Source of the DNA: Candidatus Gastranaerophilales bacterium
Lineage (GTDB): Bacteria > Cyanobacteriota > Vampirovibrionia > Gastranaerophilales > Gastranaerophilaceae
Length of the DNA: 64,000 nt
Direction of reading: 5' to 3'
Assembly (NCBI GenBank): GCA_944323165.1
Contig: CALURK010000004.1
Location: forward strand, 30,300 to 94,299
Made by a program: the position numbers and the translations under genes. The notes beneath the pieces are model-generated. The model worked only from the letters and a program-made list of their open reading frames with translations. It was not told the origin of the DNA and did no database searches. Within the stretch, counting starts at the first letter, position 1. Each line of letters starts with the position of its first letter. This document shows positions 9,407-18,322 of this stretch, in pieces.

Positions 9407-10414
9407 TTAGCCACTGCCCCAATCAAATACAGAACTAATCGCATCATCAATAAATGATTTAACAGACTGAATTTCAGTATTAATAGATTCAAGCTCTGTA
9501 GAAAGGTTATCAATTTCTATATCAAGCCAATTTTCTTTTTCAGAAATGGCAGCTTTTTGTTCTTCATACCAAGCTGTTATTTCCTCTCTAATATCTGAAT
9601 CTACTCTCGATTCAACAGCTCCTTGTGTAATAAAGAAAGTTAATGATGTATCAGGTTCATAATTTCCTTCATCATCAACTTTTGCAAGTTGTAATGTTCC
9701 GCTAACCAATCCATCATTAATATAGTCTTCATTGGTTTTAATTTCGTTGTTGTATTCGCTTGTCCATCCATTAGCTGCGGCAGCTTCAAATATAGGATAA
9801 TAAAAATCAAGAACTTGGTTTATTAATTCTGTAGCTTTAGCAGATACGTCTACAATAGTGTCAGTTCCAGTATCTTCTCCAGTTAAAGTTTTAATAACAC
9901 TTGCAGCATATTCTGCTTCAACGCTTCCGCCATCACGTACGTTTTTAATATGCTCAGCTGTAAAATAGCTTCCGTAATCACCTAATAAAAGTTTTGATAA
10001 GATTTCAGGAATTTTGTCTTTAGAGAAAGTCCCGCCTCTACCCATAGAATCCATCGCAGACGAGCCTAATGCTGAGGTAATTGCGTTTGCGTAATCTGCA
10101 CTTAATACTACTTGCCCTTTATAATCGGTTAAAATCATTGAATTATCTGTTTTTATGGGTTGAGTACCTTGTGTAATAGGCATAAAATTACTACCATGTC
10201 CCATTAAATAATTGTAATTAATTTTGTTATACTGTCCGTTATCATAATAAGCAATGCTTTTGGTCTGTAATTTGCTGTTATATTCTCGTGCAAGATCGCT
10301 CTGCTCTCTAGTAATAGCCATTTTTCTCATAGAGGCTACAGAAATACCGTACTCGCAATCAGCTTTGCGGGCGGTCAATGTTAAAAGTCTAATATTTGAG
10401 CAGGCTAATCCCAT
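9407..10414 (-). CDS. Hypothetical protein with helical/coiled-coil N- and C-termini (MGLACSNIRLLTLTARK family)
   Basis: 335-aa ORF with RBS AAGGA; heptad-like termini, S/T/G/D-rich middle; sigma28 promoter upstream. Confidence 0.85.
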   Translation of the reverse strand: MGLACSNIRLLTLTARKADCEYGISVASMRKMAITREQSDLAREYNSKLQTKSIAYYDNGQYNKINYNYLMGHGSNFMPITQGTQPIKTDNSMILTDYKGQVVLSADYANAITSALGSSAMDSMGRGGTFSKDKIPEILSKLLLGDYGSYFTAEHIKNVRDGGSVEAEYAASVIKTLTGEDTGTDTIVDVSAKATELINQVLDFYYPIFEAAAANGWTSEYNNEIKTNEDYINDGLVSGTLQLAKVDDEGNYEPDTSLTFFITQGAVESRVDSDIREEITAWYEEQKAAISEKENWLDIEIDNLSTELESINTEIQSVKSFIDDAISSVFDWGSG

Positions 10415-10448
10415 TTTTCTTTCCTTTATTGTCCCTTTTATAATACTG

Positions 10449-10476
10449 TTATCGGCATTTTTTCTATAAACTTTAG
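10449..10476 (-). promoter_or_regulatory. sigma28 (FliA)-type promoter
   Basis: Minus strand CTAAA-GTTTATAGAAAAAAT(15)-GCCGATAA, an exact consensus match, 35 nt upstream of the ATG at 10414. Confidence 0.85.
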
Positions 10477-10492
10477 AAAAATAGAGAAAATT

Positions 10493-10510
10493 TTTACAAT
10501 TCTTTACAAA
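10493..10510 (+). promoter_or_regulatory. OmpR-family (HLR1/RpaB-like) direct repeat
   Basis: TTTACAAT-TC-TTTACAAA. Confidence 0.45.
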
Positions 10511-10572
10511 ATAGTCAATTCTTTGTTATTTTCTGTTTTATACATGTTAGAAGAAATAGTGTAGGAGTTTTT

Positions 10573-11736
10573 ATGAACGAAATTATCCCGGTAAATACGA
10601 ATAATACTATAGTAGTTCCGCAAAAGAACAAAGTTCCGAGCTTTAGAGCGACTGCATTAACAGGTAATAATGATATTGATAGTTTTATAAAAGAGCGCGA
10701 AAAACAGCAAAAAAGTGCAAAACGCAAAGAATATATTTATTATGGATTTTTAGGAACTCTTGCTGCGACAGCTATTGGTAGCTTGTATTTTATGGCAAAG
10801 CAAGGGAAAGGTATGGGAAAAACAACAAATGAGTTGAAAGAGATTTGGTCGGACTTAACAAAATCTGCTAAAATTGATGATTTGGCACTTCCAGAGAGTC
10901 TAAGAAATTTCATGTCAAAATTTAAAAATAGTGTAAATAACCCTGAAGTTCTTAAAAATAGAGGTGGAAAACCAACAAAATCTGTTTTATTGTATGGTCC
11001 TCCGGGAACAGGTAAGACTACTTTTGCTAAAGCTTTAGCGAAGGAATTTCCTGATTCTAAGTTTGCGTCACTTGATGTAACAAGTTTGGGCTCAGAATTT
11101 CAGAGTGTCAGCGAACGTAATTTGAATAAAGCGGTTGATATGATTTGTAAAGAAGCAGATTCAAATCCTACTAAAAAATTCTTTGTGTTTATTGATGAGA
11201 TTGATTCAGTAATGATGGTAGATAATAGCTTAAATGCAAAGCAATCAAATGATATGTTGAATGAATTTAAAAAGTGTTTCACAGAAAAATTAGGTAAGCG
11301 TGATAACATTATAACGATTGGTGCAACTAACCTTCCTATAGATATCGAGAAAGGAGTTGTAATCGGCGGTAAGAAGTTAGACAGACCTATGTTAGACAGA
11401 TTCAGTGAAAAAGTTTTGGTAGATCTTCCAACAAAAGATCAAATTATAAATACTGTAAAATACCATTACAAGAATTCTTCAATGGTAAGTGATAAAATCA
11501 AATCTGGTTCTGAAGAATTGAATAAAATAGCAGAGTTTTTATCAAGACCAGAGCATAATACATCATTCAGAACATTGGATTCTATATATGATGCTACGGC
11601 CGCATCTATAAGTGGTACAGAAAAATATGTAGAAATTGCTGATATACTAAAAACAATAAAAGGAAAGCAGCATGAGATGAATTTTACGGATGCAGATTTT
11701 GCAAAATTACTTTCTGATTTGAAGATGACAATTTAA
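10573..11736 (+). CDS. Membrane-anchored AAA+ ATPase
   Basis: Walker A GPPGTGKT, Walker B FIDEID, SRH GATN...LDRF; one N-terminal TM helix. Confidence 0.9.
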   Translation: MNEIIPVNTNNTIVVPQKNKVPSFRATALTGNNDIDSFIKEREKQQKSAKRKEYIYYGFLGTLAATAIGSLYFMAKQGKGMGKTTNELKEIWSDLTKSAKIDDLALPESLRNFMSKFKNSVNNPEVLKNRGGKPTKSVLLYGPPGTGKTTFAKALAKEFPDSKFASLDVTSLGSEFQSVSERNLNKAVDMICKEADSNPTKKFFVFIDEIDSVMMVDNSLNAKQSNDMLNEFKKCFTEKLGKRDNIITIGATNLPIDIEKGVVIGGKKLDRPMLDRFSEKVLVDLPTKDQIINTVKYHYKNSSMVSDKIKSGSEELNKIAEFLSRPEHNTSFRTLDSIYDATAASISGTEKYVEIADILKTIKGKQHEMNFTDADFAKLLSDLKMTI

Positions 11737-11796
11737 AGAAATGTTACAAAAGAGCAATTTTTGTAAGAGAATGTTTTTTTATAATATAAAGGTTAG

Positions 11797-13107
11797 ATGC
11801 AGGGAAGATTTATGACAGCAGAAGTAAACAACAATATCAAGTTTAGAGCAAATAGTTTGACGATGGCAGCCCCGAGTGGTGTAAATTATAATAAAAGGTC
11901 AACCGCTCCAATGCCTCAGGAGATGCCGGCTGAAGATGTATTTATGTTACAGGCAATGGCAGAAAAGAAAGCTGAAAAGAAGGCTAATTCTCAAGCTAAT
12001 TGGAATAAAGCCGGTGTTTTGGCGCAGATAGGTATAGCTGTAGGTATGCTTCTTGGTGCTGTAGGAATGTTTTTTGGCACAAAGCTAATGGCAAAATCGG
12101 CAAGCGGAGCTTTAAAGGGTGAAAGTAAAAAACTTATGGATACTTTAAACCCTGTTGATGTAAGTAAGGAAAAGACTTTTGAACAGTTAACACTTTCTCC
12201 GGAAATGCAAAAAGTTGTTGCAGATATGAAAACTCGTATAGAAAGAGCTGATGCTTTGAAGAAAAAGGGTGGTTCCGGCGGCTCAGGTATTATGTTATAT
12301 GGAGAGCCGGGCGGCGGTAAGAATGCTTATGTTTATGCTTTAACAAAATATATGCAGAAGAAGTTTCCGGGTTCTGAGTTATATGAAATGAATGTTTTAA
12401 AACTTACAGACAAGTACGTTGGTGAAACTGAAAATAATATTATGGGATTTGTAGAGCAATTAACAGCAAAAGCTAAGGCTAACCCTGATAAGAAATTTAT
12501 AGTATTTATGGATGAATTTGATTCAATAGCAAGAAAAGAAGATGGTCTTGATAAAAAAATGGGCGAAAAATTCCAAAATGCTTTTAAACTTACACTAACA
12601 AAGCTTACCGCAATGGATAATGTTCAAGTAATTGCAGCAACAAATAAGGCTGAAAAAGATGCAGCTTTGAATAAAGTGTTAGATGAGGCAATTTTGAACA
12701 GATTCCCGCAAAAGATTTTTGTACCGCTTCCTACTAAAAAACAATTGAAGAAGGCTATAGTTGAGCATTATAAAACTCTGCCATCAGAAGTTGTTGATAA
12801 AGAGTTGACGGATATAAATAGTTCAAAATTAGACAGTATATGTAAAGATATTGCAAAAGAGTCACATCATGCTTCTTTCAGAGATTTACAATACATATTG
12901 GCAGAAGCTCGTATCATTTCAGAATCAGGTACCAGAAAAGAAGGTTCGCCAATTACAATAAAAGATTTGAAGGCAGCTGTAAAAAAACATGCTGAGCGAG
13001 AAAACTGGAGTGCAAAAAGCAAGGCAGTTAAGGATAAAGAGAATAATGGTTTTTCTTTTAATGACTTGTCATTTATGCAAAAACTATTATTGTTGTTTCA
13101 CAAGTAA
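11797..13107 (+). CDS. Membrane-anchored AAA+ ATPase, paralog with variant Walker A
   Basis: GEPGGGKN, FMDEFD, AATN...LNRF; N-terminal TM helix; likely start at 11812. Confidence 0.88.
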   Translation: MQGRFMTAEVNNNIKFRANSLTMAAPSGVNYNKRSTAPMPQEMPAEDVFMLQAMAEKKAEKKANSQANWNKAGVLAQIGIAVGMLLGAVGMFFGTKLMAKSASGALKGESKKLMDTLNPVDVSKEKTFEQLTLSPEMQKVVADMKTRIERADALKKKGGSGGSGIMLYGEPGGGKNAYVYALTKYMQKKFPGSELYEMNVLKLTDKYVGETENNIMGFVEQLTAKAKANPDKKFIVFMDEFDSIARKEDGLDKKMGEKFQNAFKLTLTKLTAMDNVQVIAATNKAEKDAALNKVLDEAILNRFPQKIFVPLPTKKQLKKAIVEHYKTLPSEVVDKELTDINSSKLDSICKDIAKESHHASFRDLQYILAEARIISESGTRKEGSPITIKDLKAAVKKHAERENWSAKSKAVKDKENNGFSFNDLSFMQKLLLLFHK

Positions 13108-13109
13108 AA

Positions 13110-14855
13110 TTAATGCTTTTTAATTTTATCAGCAAGTTTTTGACATCTTAGTTTTTCGATTTCTTCCATAACCTTACCGACAGGAATTTCCCAAGCGCCT
13201 GATGTCGGGCATTGGAAAGGTTTAATGCTCTTGTACCAGGCGATATCATCACCGTCAACCTTAAACCATCTCCATTCAACAATTCTGTTAAATAGTCCAA
13301 AAGTTTTTATACCCAAAGCTCCAGCAAGGTTCATAACACCGTTGTCGGTTGTAACCATCAAATCCATACAATTCATTGCACAAGCCGTATCTTCCCAATT
13401 CTTGAAAGTTTTTCCGAGCCTTATTAACTGAGCTTCTTGCGGGATTCTATCCATTTGTCGTGTTAAATCGTCAACTTGGAAACTGTATACTTCTACATCA
13501 GGTAATTCCATTAACGGATATAAGTAGCTTAGAGGGATATCTCTGTCGGTTTCTTTGCTTGCTAGGGTTCCTTCATAAGCTATACCGATTTTAATCTTGT
13601 CATTGTCATTAATATGTCCTTTTCTGAAAGCGTTAATTTTCGTTTTTGGAACTTTTAAGTAACCACCTGCTTTTGGTATAGTGCTAGGTTTAGTTTCACA
13701 AACAATCGGCAAGTCCATCATCGGTATCCAATAATCATAATTTATGTTTGGAATTTGATCTTCTGAATAAATTTCAACACCTAATTTTGAATCTTTAAAA
13801 AGTTCTATTAACGGTTTCTGAACTACTAAGGAAACTTCTTTGCACAATTTCTTTAGTTCATCCAAAAATCTTACGAACATGATTGAATCACCAAATCCTT
13901 GTTCAAAATGTACAAGGATACGCTTATCTTTTATGTTAACCTTAATATTCCATCTCTTCTTTTTCGACGTAAGCAGTTGTGGAAATGCTACGTTTTTCAA
14001 ATCTTCTTTTTGGAATCTGTGTTGCAGGAATTTAAATCCTTCAGAGAAACGTTTGTGTCTTACAAGGTATGCTCCGTATGCGTGTAAATCCGAGTGAGTT
14101 GGATTTAAGTACATTAGCTTAGAATAGAATTCGTCAGCTTTTTGTATCTCATCAAATTTTCCGTACACGTAAGCAAGGTTTTTAACAACAATTCTGTTGT
14201 TTGGTGCAAGTTCATAAGCTTTTGTAAGGTATCCGATTTGTTTATCCTTGTATTTGTCCTGATAACAGGTTGAATAAAGATGACCAAGCATATTGTATAT
14301 AGAAAAATTATTAGGATTTTTCTCAAGTGCTTTTTCGTAGTATTCAATTGCTTTTTTATTGTCTTTAATATCTGTATAAGTTAAATCTGCTAAGTATACG
14401 TATACATCTTCTTTGTCAGGAGAAATTTCTTCAAAACGTTTGAGGAATTTTATTGCTAAATCAGCATTTCCGATGGCTTTCATACATAAACCTATGTTTT
14501 TATAAATGTTTATTGGAAATCCTGAATATCGCATTATATTTCTATACTGTTCAATAGCTTCTATGTATTTTTTATCAAGATTTAATTTTTGCGCATAATT
14601 TATCGCCTGGTTAATATATTGGTTAATAGTGCTATTTCTTTCGGCTTCATCAGTAATAGAGGGTATTACTTCTCGATATATTTCCAAGCCTCTGTCATAG
14701 TTATTATTTTTACAATAATATTCAGCCATTGCGACATCCATAGACGTTATTAAATCTTTTGAATTGTCCATTGGAACTTCTTTTCTTACTATTAAACGTT
14801 TTGAAACTTGCATTTTTCCCTCTGAATTAGTTATGTGACTCTTATGTGTTATCAT
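13110..14855 (-). CDS. TPR-repeat protein with C-terminal GT9-like glycosyltransferase domain
   Basis: TPRs (AIEYYEKALEKNPNN...), EQGFGDSIMFVRF, DLMVTTDNGVMNLAGALG. Confidence 0.8.
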   Translation of the reverse strand: MITHKSHITNSEGKMQVSKRLIVRKEVPMDNSKDLITSMDVAMAEYYCKNNNYDRGLEIYREVIPSITDEAERNSTINQYINQAINYAQKLNLDKKYIEAIEQYRNIMRYSGFPINIYKNIGLCMKAIGNADLAIKFLKRFEEISPDKEDVYVYLADLTYTDIKDNKKAIEYYEKALEKNPNNFSIYNMLGHLYSTCYQDKYKDKQIGYLTKAYELAPNNRIVVKNLAYVYGKFDEIQKADEFYSKLMYLNPTHSDLHAYGAYLVRHKRFSEGFKFLQHRFQKEDLKNVAFPQLLTSKKKRWNIKVNIKDKRILVHFEQGFGDSIMFVRFLDELKKLCKEVSLVVQKPLIELFKDSKLGVEIYSEDQIPNINYDYWIPMMDLPIVCETKPSTIPKAGGYLKVPKTKINAFRKGHINDNDKIKIGIAYEGTLASKETDRDIPLSYLYPLMELPDVEVYSFQVDDLTRQMDRIPQEAQLIRLGKTFKNWEDTACAMNCMDLMVTTDNGVMNLAGALGIKTFGLFNRIVEWRWFKVDGDDIAWYKSIKPFQCPTSGAWEIPVGKVMEEIEKLRCQKLADKIKKH

Positions 14856-15054
14856 ACAATGCTTTTTGAGAGAATTAATCCTTCAAATAAATGGTTGTTA
14901 AAAGGATTTGGATTTATTGTTATGGAAAATTTCTTACCATATATGCTTCAGTTGTCCTAAAAAATATTTCCACCTCCCCCTTTACCCTTGTATATGTTTT
15001 TAATATAATGAACTTGCATAAGAGAGCGTTTTTTTATAAAGAAAGGAAAAGCTT

Positions 15055-16251
15055 ATGAAAAAATCAATTAAAGATTTAGGTGACATCAAAGGAAAAGTTG
15101 CTCTAGTAAGAGTTGACGTAAATGTACCTTTGGATGAAAACAAAAACGTAACAGATGATACTCGTATTCAGGCAATTGTACCTACTGTAAAATATTTAAA
15201 AGAAAAGGGTGCAAAGATTGTTTTAATGGCACACTTAGGCAGACCAAAAGGAGAAAAGAACCCTGAATTTTCTTTGGCTCCAGTAGCTAAATATATGTCA
15301 AAAGTTTTTGGCGAAGAAATCGTATTTATTCCTTCTGTAGAAGAAGCAAAACCTTATGTTGACAAATTAGTTGACGGTCAGGTTGCTTTGTTGGAAAATA
15401 TCCGTTTCTATAAAGCAGAAGAAGCAAAAGACGATGATATGACATTTGCAGAAGAACTTGCAAAATTAGGTGATTTTTATGTAAATGACGCATTTGGTGC
15501 AGCTCACAGAAATCATACTTCAACTGCAAAATTAGCAAAAATTCTTAAACCGGCTGTATCAGGTTTATTGATGGAAAAAGAAATCAGATGCCTATCTCAA
15601 GCTCTTGATAATCCAACAAGACCATTTACAGCAGTTGTAGGCGGCGCTAAAGTTTCATCTAAGATTGGTGTTTTAGAAAACCTTCTTGATAAAGTTGATA
15701 ATATGATTATCGGCGGTGGTATGGCTTATACTTTTGTAAAAGCTAACGGTGGAAAAATCGGTAATTCAATCTGTGAAGATGACCAATTAGATGTTGCAAA
15801 GGCTATCGAAAAGAAAGCTCAAGAAAAAGGCGTTAAGCTTGTAATGGCAACAGATGTTCTTGTAACAGACGATTTTTCAGGTAATGGAACAAACAAATTC
15901 GTTAAAATTAACGAAATTCCTGACGGATTTGAAGGTGTTGATGCAGGCCCTGAGTCAAGAAAGGCTTTTGCTGAAGTATTAAAATCATCTAAGACTATTC
16001 TTATGAATGGTCCTGTAGGTGCTTTTGAAAACCCTAAATTCGCAGAAGGTACAAAGGCTGTATTGGAAGCAATAGTAGAAGCAACTAAAGCAGGTGCTAC
16101 ATCTGTAATCGGCGGTGGTGATTCTGTTTCTGCTGCTAAGAAATTCTTTAAAGCAGAAGATTTCACTCACGTTTCAACAGGTGGCGGAGCTTCTCTTGAA
16201 TTTATCGAAGGAAAAGTTCTTCCTGGTGTTGCTGCGTTAGATGACAAGTAA
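15055..16251 (+). CDS. pgk: Phosphoglycerate kinase
   Basis: RVDVNVP, LLENIRF, NDAFGAAHR, GGAKVSSK, STGGGASLE. Confidence 0.98.
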   Translation: MKKSIKDLGDIKGKVALVRVDVNVPLDENKNVTDDTRIQAIVPTVKYLKEKGAKIVLMAHLGRPKGEKNPEFSLAPVAKYMSKVFGEEIVFIPSVEEAKPYVDKLVDGQVALLENIRFYKAEEAKDDDMTFAEELAKLGDFYVNDAFGAAHRNHTSTAKLAKILKPAVSGLLMEKEIRCLSQALDNPTRPFTAVVGGAKVSSKIGVLENLLDKVDNMIIGGGMAYTFVKANGGKIGNSICEDDQLDVAKAIEKKAQEKGVKLVMATDVLVTDDFSGNGTNKFVKINEIPDGFEGVDAGPESRKAFAEVLKSSKTILMNGPVGAFENPKFAEGTKAVLEAIVEATKAGATSVIGGGDSVSAAKKFFKAEDFTHVSTGGGASLEFIEGKVLPGVAALDDK

Positions 16252-16271
16252 GTTTTAATTAAATATGAACT

Positions 16272-16310
16272 AAGTCGGGTGCGGTTCAAATGACTGCACC
16301 CGACTTTTTT
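16272..16310 (+). terminator. Intrinsic terminator of pgk
   Basis: AAGTCGGGTGCGGT...ACTGCACCCGACTTTTTT. Confidence 0.9.
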
Positions 16311-16356
16311 ATTACATATAAGATTTTTTGTAAAGAATTATTTTACAAAAAGTCAA

Positions 16357-16802
16357 TTTTTTATGCCCAAAATACTTTATATAAATAAGGTTAGAAAAAT
16401 AAGGTAGGTTTATTATGGAAAAAATTGGTTACAATCCGTATTTTTACAGTTATCCTCAGTATTTATCAAATAATTTGGGTAGTGTGGGTACAACTAATAT
16501 TTCTCCAAACTTTCGAGGCAATGGGGTTGGAGTAGCTAACCCGTCAGTAAATTATACAACCCCACCTGATACTGTTGAAATTTCAGCAGGCAACAAAATA
16601 AATGAAGCGAGCAATCTGGAAAAAAAGACAGGAATGTCTACGGGAGCAAAAATCGGACTAGGGATTTTAGGTACGGCAGCAGCTGCTTATGGTTGTGTTG
16701 TTGGTCATAGAATGATTAATAAACCAAGTCTTGAAAAAGTTGCAAAAAATTTCTCCGAAATCTTTAGACGTGATGTATCAAAAGACGAAGCTCAAAAAAT
16801 GG
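16357..16802 (+). repeat. Duplicated segment, copy 1 (upstream region plus first ~130 codons)
   Basis: Near-identical to 17871-18322, which has a 6-nt in-frame insertion. Confidence 0.9.
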
Positions 16803-17458
16803 CAAATAGGTATAAAGAGATTTTTAAATTAAAAGATGATAAAGATTTTAGAAAAGAATTATTTAAGCAAATTAAGAAAGATTATGGGTTAGAGAATACT
16901 TGCTATGATTTATCTATAAAAAAACTAAAAAAGGGTGAAAATGGTCACTTTACACCATTTGGAGAATGTAAGCTAGTTAATGATGTTGACGGTCCGAGTT
17001 TTTATTTTAATTCTAAGGGCAGTGTTGCCGTTGATGAAAATTGGGCAAAATCAAGAGAACTTTTTTTTAATACTATAATTCATGAATTAAATCATGCTAA
17101 ACAATTTGAAATTGCATATAGAACAAATTCCAAGGATGCATTAAATGCTTATATAGGGAACATAAAAGATGAGTTACCTTTTATTAATAAGTTAGAGCAA
17201 AAAAGCTACGATATTATTGCTGAATTAAAAAAAACAATGAAAGAATTTTTGGGAACTACGCCAGCAAATAGCTTAAATAAAGGTTCAAAAGATTATGAAT
17301 TAGGACTAAAATATATTGAAAATCAAAAGAATTATATTAATCCTTCTAAAGATCCTATTAAATATCAGAAACAATTTGTAGAAAAAGAATCTTTTAATGT
17401 TCAAAATTTGATGGATAATAGTCTTAATTATTTCTTGTCTCCTTGGCGAATATTTTAG
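16415..17458 (+). CDS. Putative zincin metalloprotease-like protein (HExxH), paralog 1
   Basis: IIHELNHAKQ, TM helix AKIGLGILGTAAAAYGCVVG, distal EKE as candidate third ligand. Confidence 0.75.
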   Translation: MEKIGYNPYFYSYPQYLSNNLGSVGTTNISPNFRGNGVGVANPSVNYTTPPDTVEISAGNKINEASNLEKKTGMSTGAKIGLGILGTAAAAYGCVVGHRMINKPSLEKVAKNFSEIFRRDVSKDEAQKMANRYKEIFKLKDDKDFRKELFKQIKKDYGLENTCYDLSIKKLKKGENGHFTPFGECKLVNDVDGPSFYFNSKGSVAVDENWAKSRELFFNTIIHELNHAKQFEIAYRTNSKDALNAYIGNIKDELPFINKLEQKSYDIIAELKKTMKEFLGTTPANSLNKGSKDYELGLKYIENQKNYINPSKDPIKYQKQFVEKESFNVQNLMDNSLNYFLSPWRIF

Positions 17459-17599
17459 GAGCAAAGCAGGGATAGAATGCTTCTATTAATTGGGCATACT
17501 TGTCTAATAAAATAACCTTAGTTGATTAGGGTGTAATTTTGTACCGATTTGAGAACAATTAATTTAAAAAATTTTAACTACTTATTTTGCCATTTGACT

Positions 17600-17625
17600 A
17601 GATTCCGAAATAAATTCGGAATGAC
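17600..17625. repeat. REP-like 26-bp palindromic element
   Basis: AGATTCCGAAATAAATTCGGAATGAC; identical at 17788 and reverse-complemented at 25538. Confidence 0.85.
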
Positions 17626-17676
17626 ATTAAGTTTATGTAGAATATGTCCTGCTGATTTTTCATCACCTTTATCACA

Positions 17677-17775
17677 TTCCCCGCCCCTTGAAGGAGGGAA
17701 TGTATAAAGCTTGTGTCATGCTGAACTTGTTTCAGCATCTACCTTCCCCCTCCTTGAGGTAGGTGGCTAGGGGGT
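17677..17775. repeat. REP-like cluster: two C/G-rich hairpin elements flanking a variant 26-bp element (17715-17740)
   Basis: TTCCCCGCCCCTTGAAGGAGGGAA; GTCATGCTGAACTTGTTTCAGCATCT; CTTCCCCCTCCTTGAGGTAGGTGGCTAGGGGG. Confidence 0.7.
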
Positions 17776-17787
17776 GGAGTGAAAAAT

Positions 17788-17813
17788 AGATTCCGAAATA
17801 AATTCGGAATGAC
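17788..17813. repeat. REP-like 26-bp palindromic element
   Basis: Identical to 17600-17625. Confidence 0.85.
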
Positions 17814-17870
17814 AAAAAGAAAAATTGTTTGAATTTTAATAAAAATTTACAATATTAAGGTTTTAAGCAA

Positions 17871-18322
17871 TTTTTTATGCCCAAAATACTTTATATAAAT
17901 AAGGTTAGAAAAATAAGGTAGGTTTATTATGGAAAAAATTGGTTACAATCCGTATTTTTATAGTTATCCCCAATATTCATTAAATAATTTGGGTAGTGTG
18001 GGTACAACTAATATTTCTCCAAACTTTCGAGGTAGTGGGGTTGGACTAGCTAGTCCTCAAACGTCAGTAAATTATACAATACCACCTGATACTGTTGAAA
18101 TTTCTGCCGGAAATAAAATAAATGAAGCGAGTAATCAAGAAAAAAAGACAGGAATGTCTACGGAAGCAAAAATCGGACTAGGGATTTTAGGTACGGCTGC
18201 GGCAGCGTACGGTTGTGTTGTTGGTCATAGAATGATTAATAAACCAAGTCTTGAAAAAGTTGCTAAAAATTTCTCCGAAATCTTTAGGCGTGATGTATCA
18301 AAAGACGAAGCTCAAAAAATGG
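17871..18322 (+). repeat. Duplicated segment, copy 2
   Basis: Near-identical to 16357-16802. Confidence 0.9.

Noticed and set aside
17580-17820. CRISPR array
   Set aside because: Only two identical 26-bp units, 188 bp apart, with inverted variants between them; no regular spacers and no cas genes. REP-like instead.
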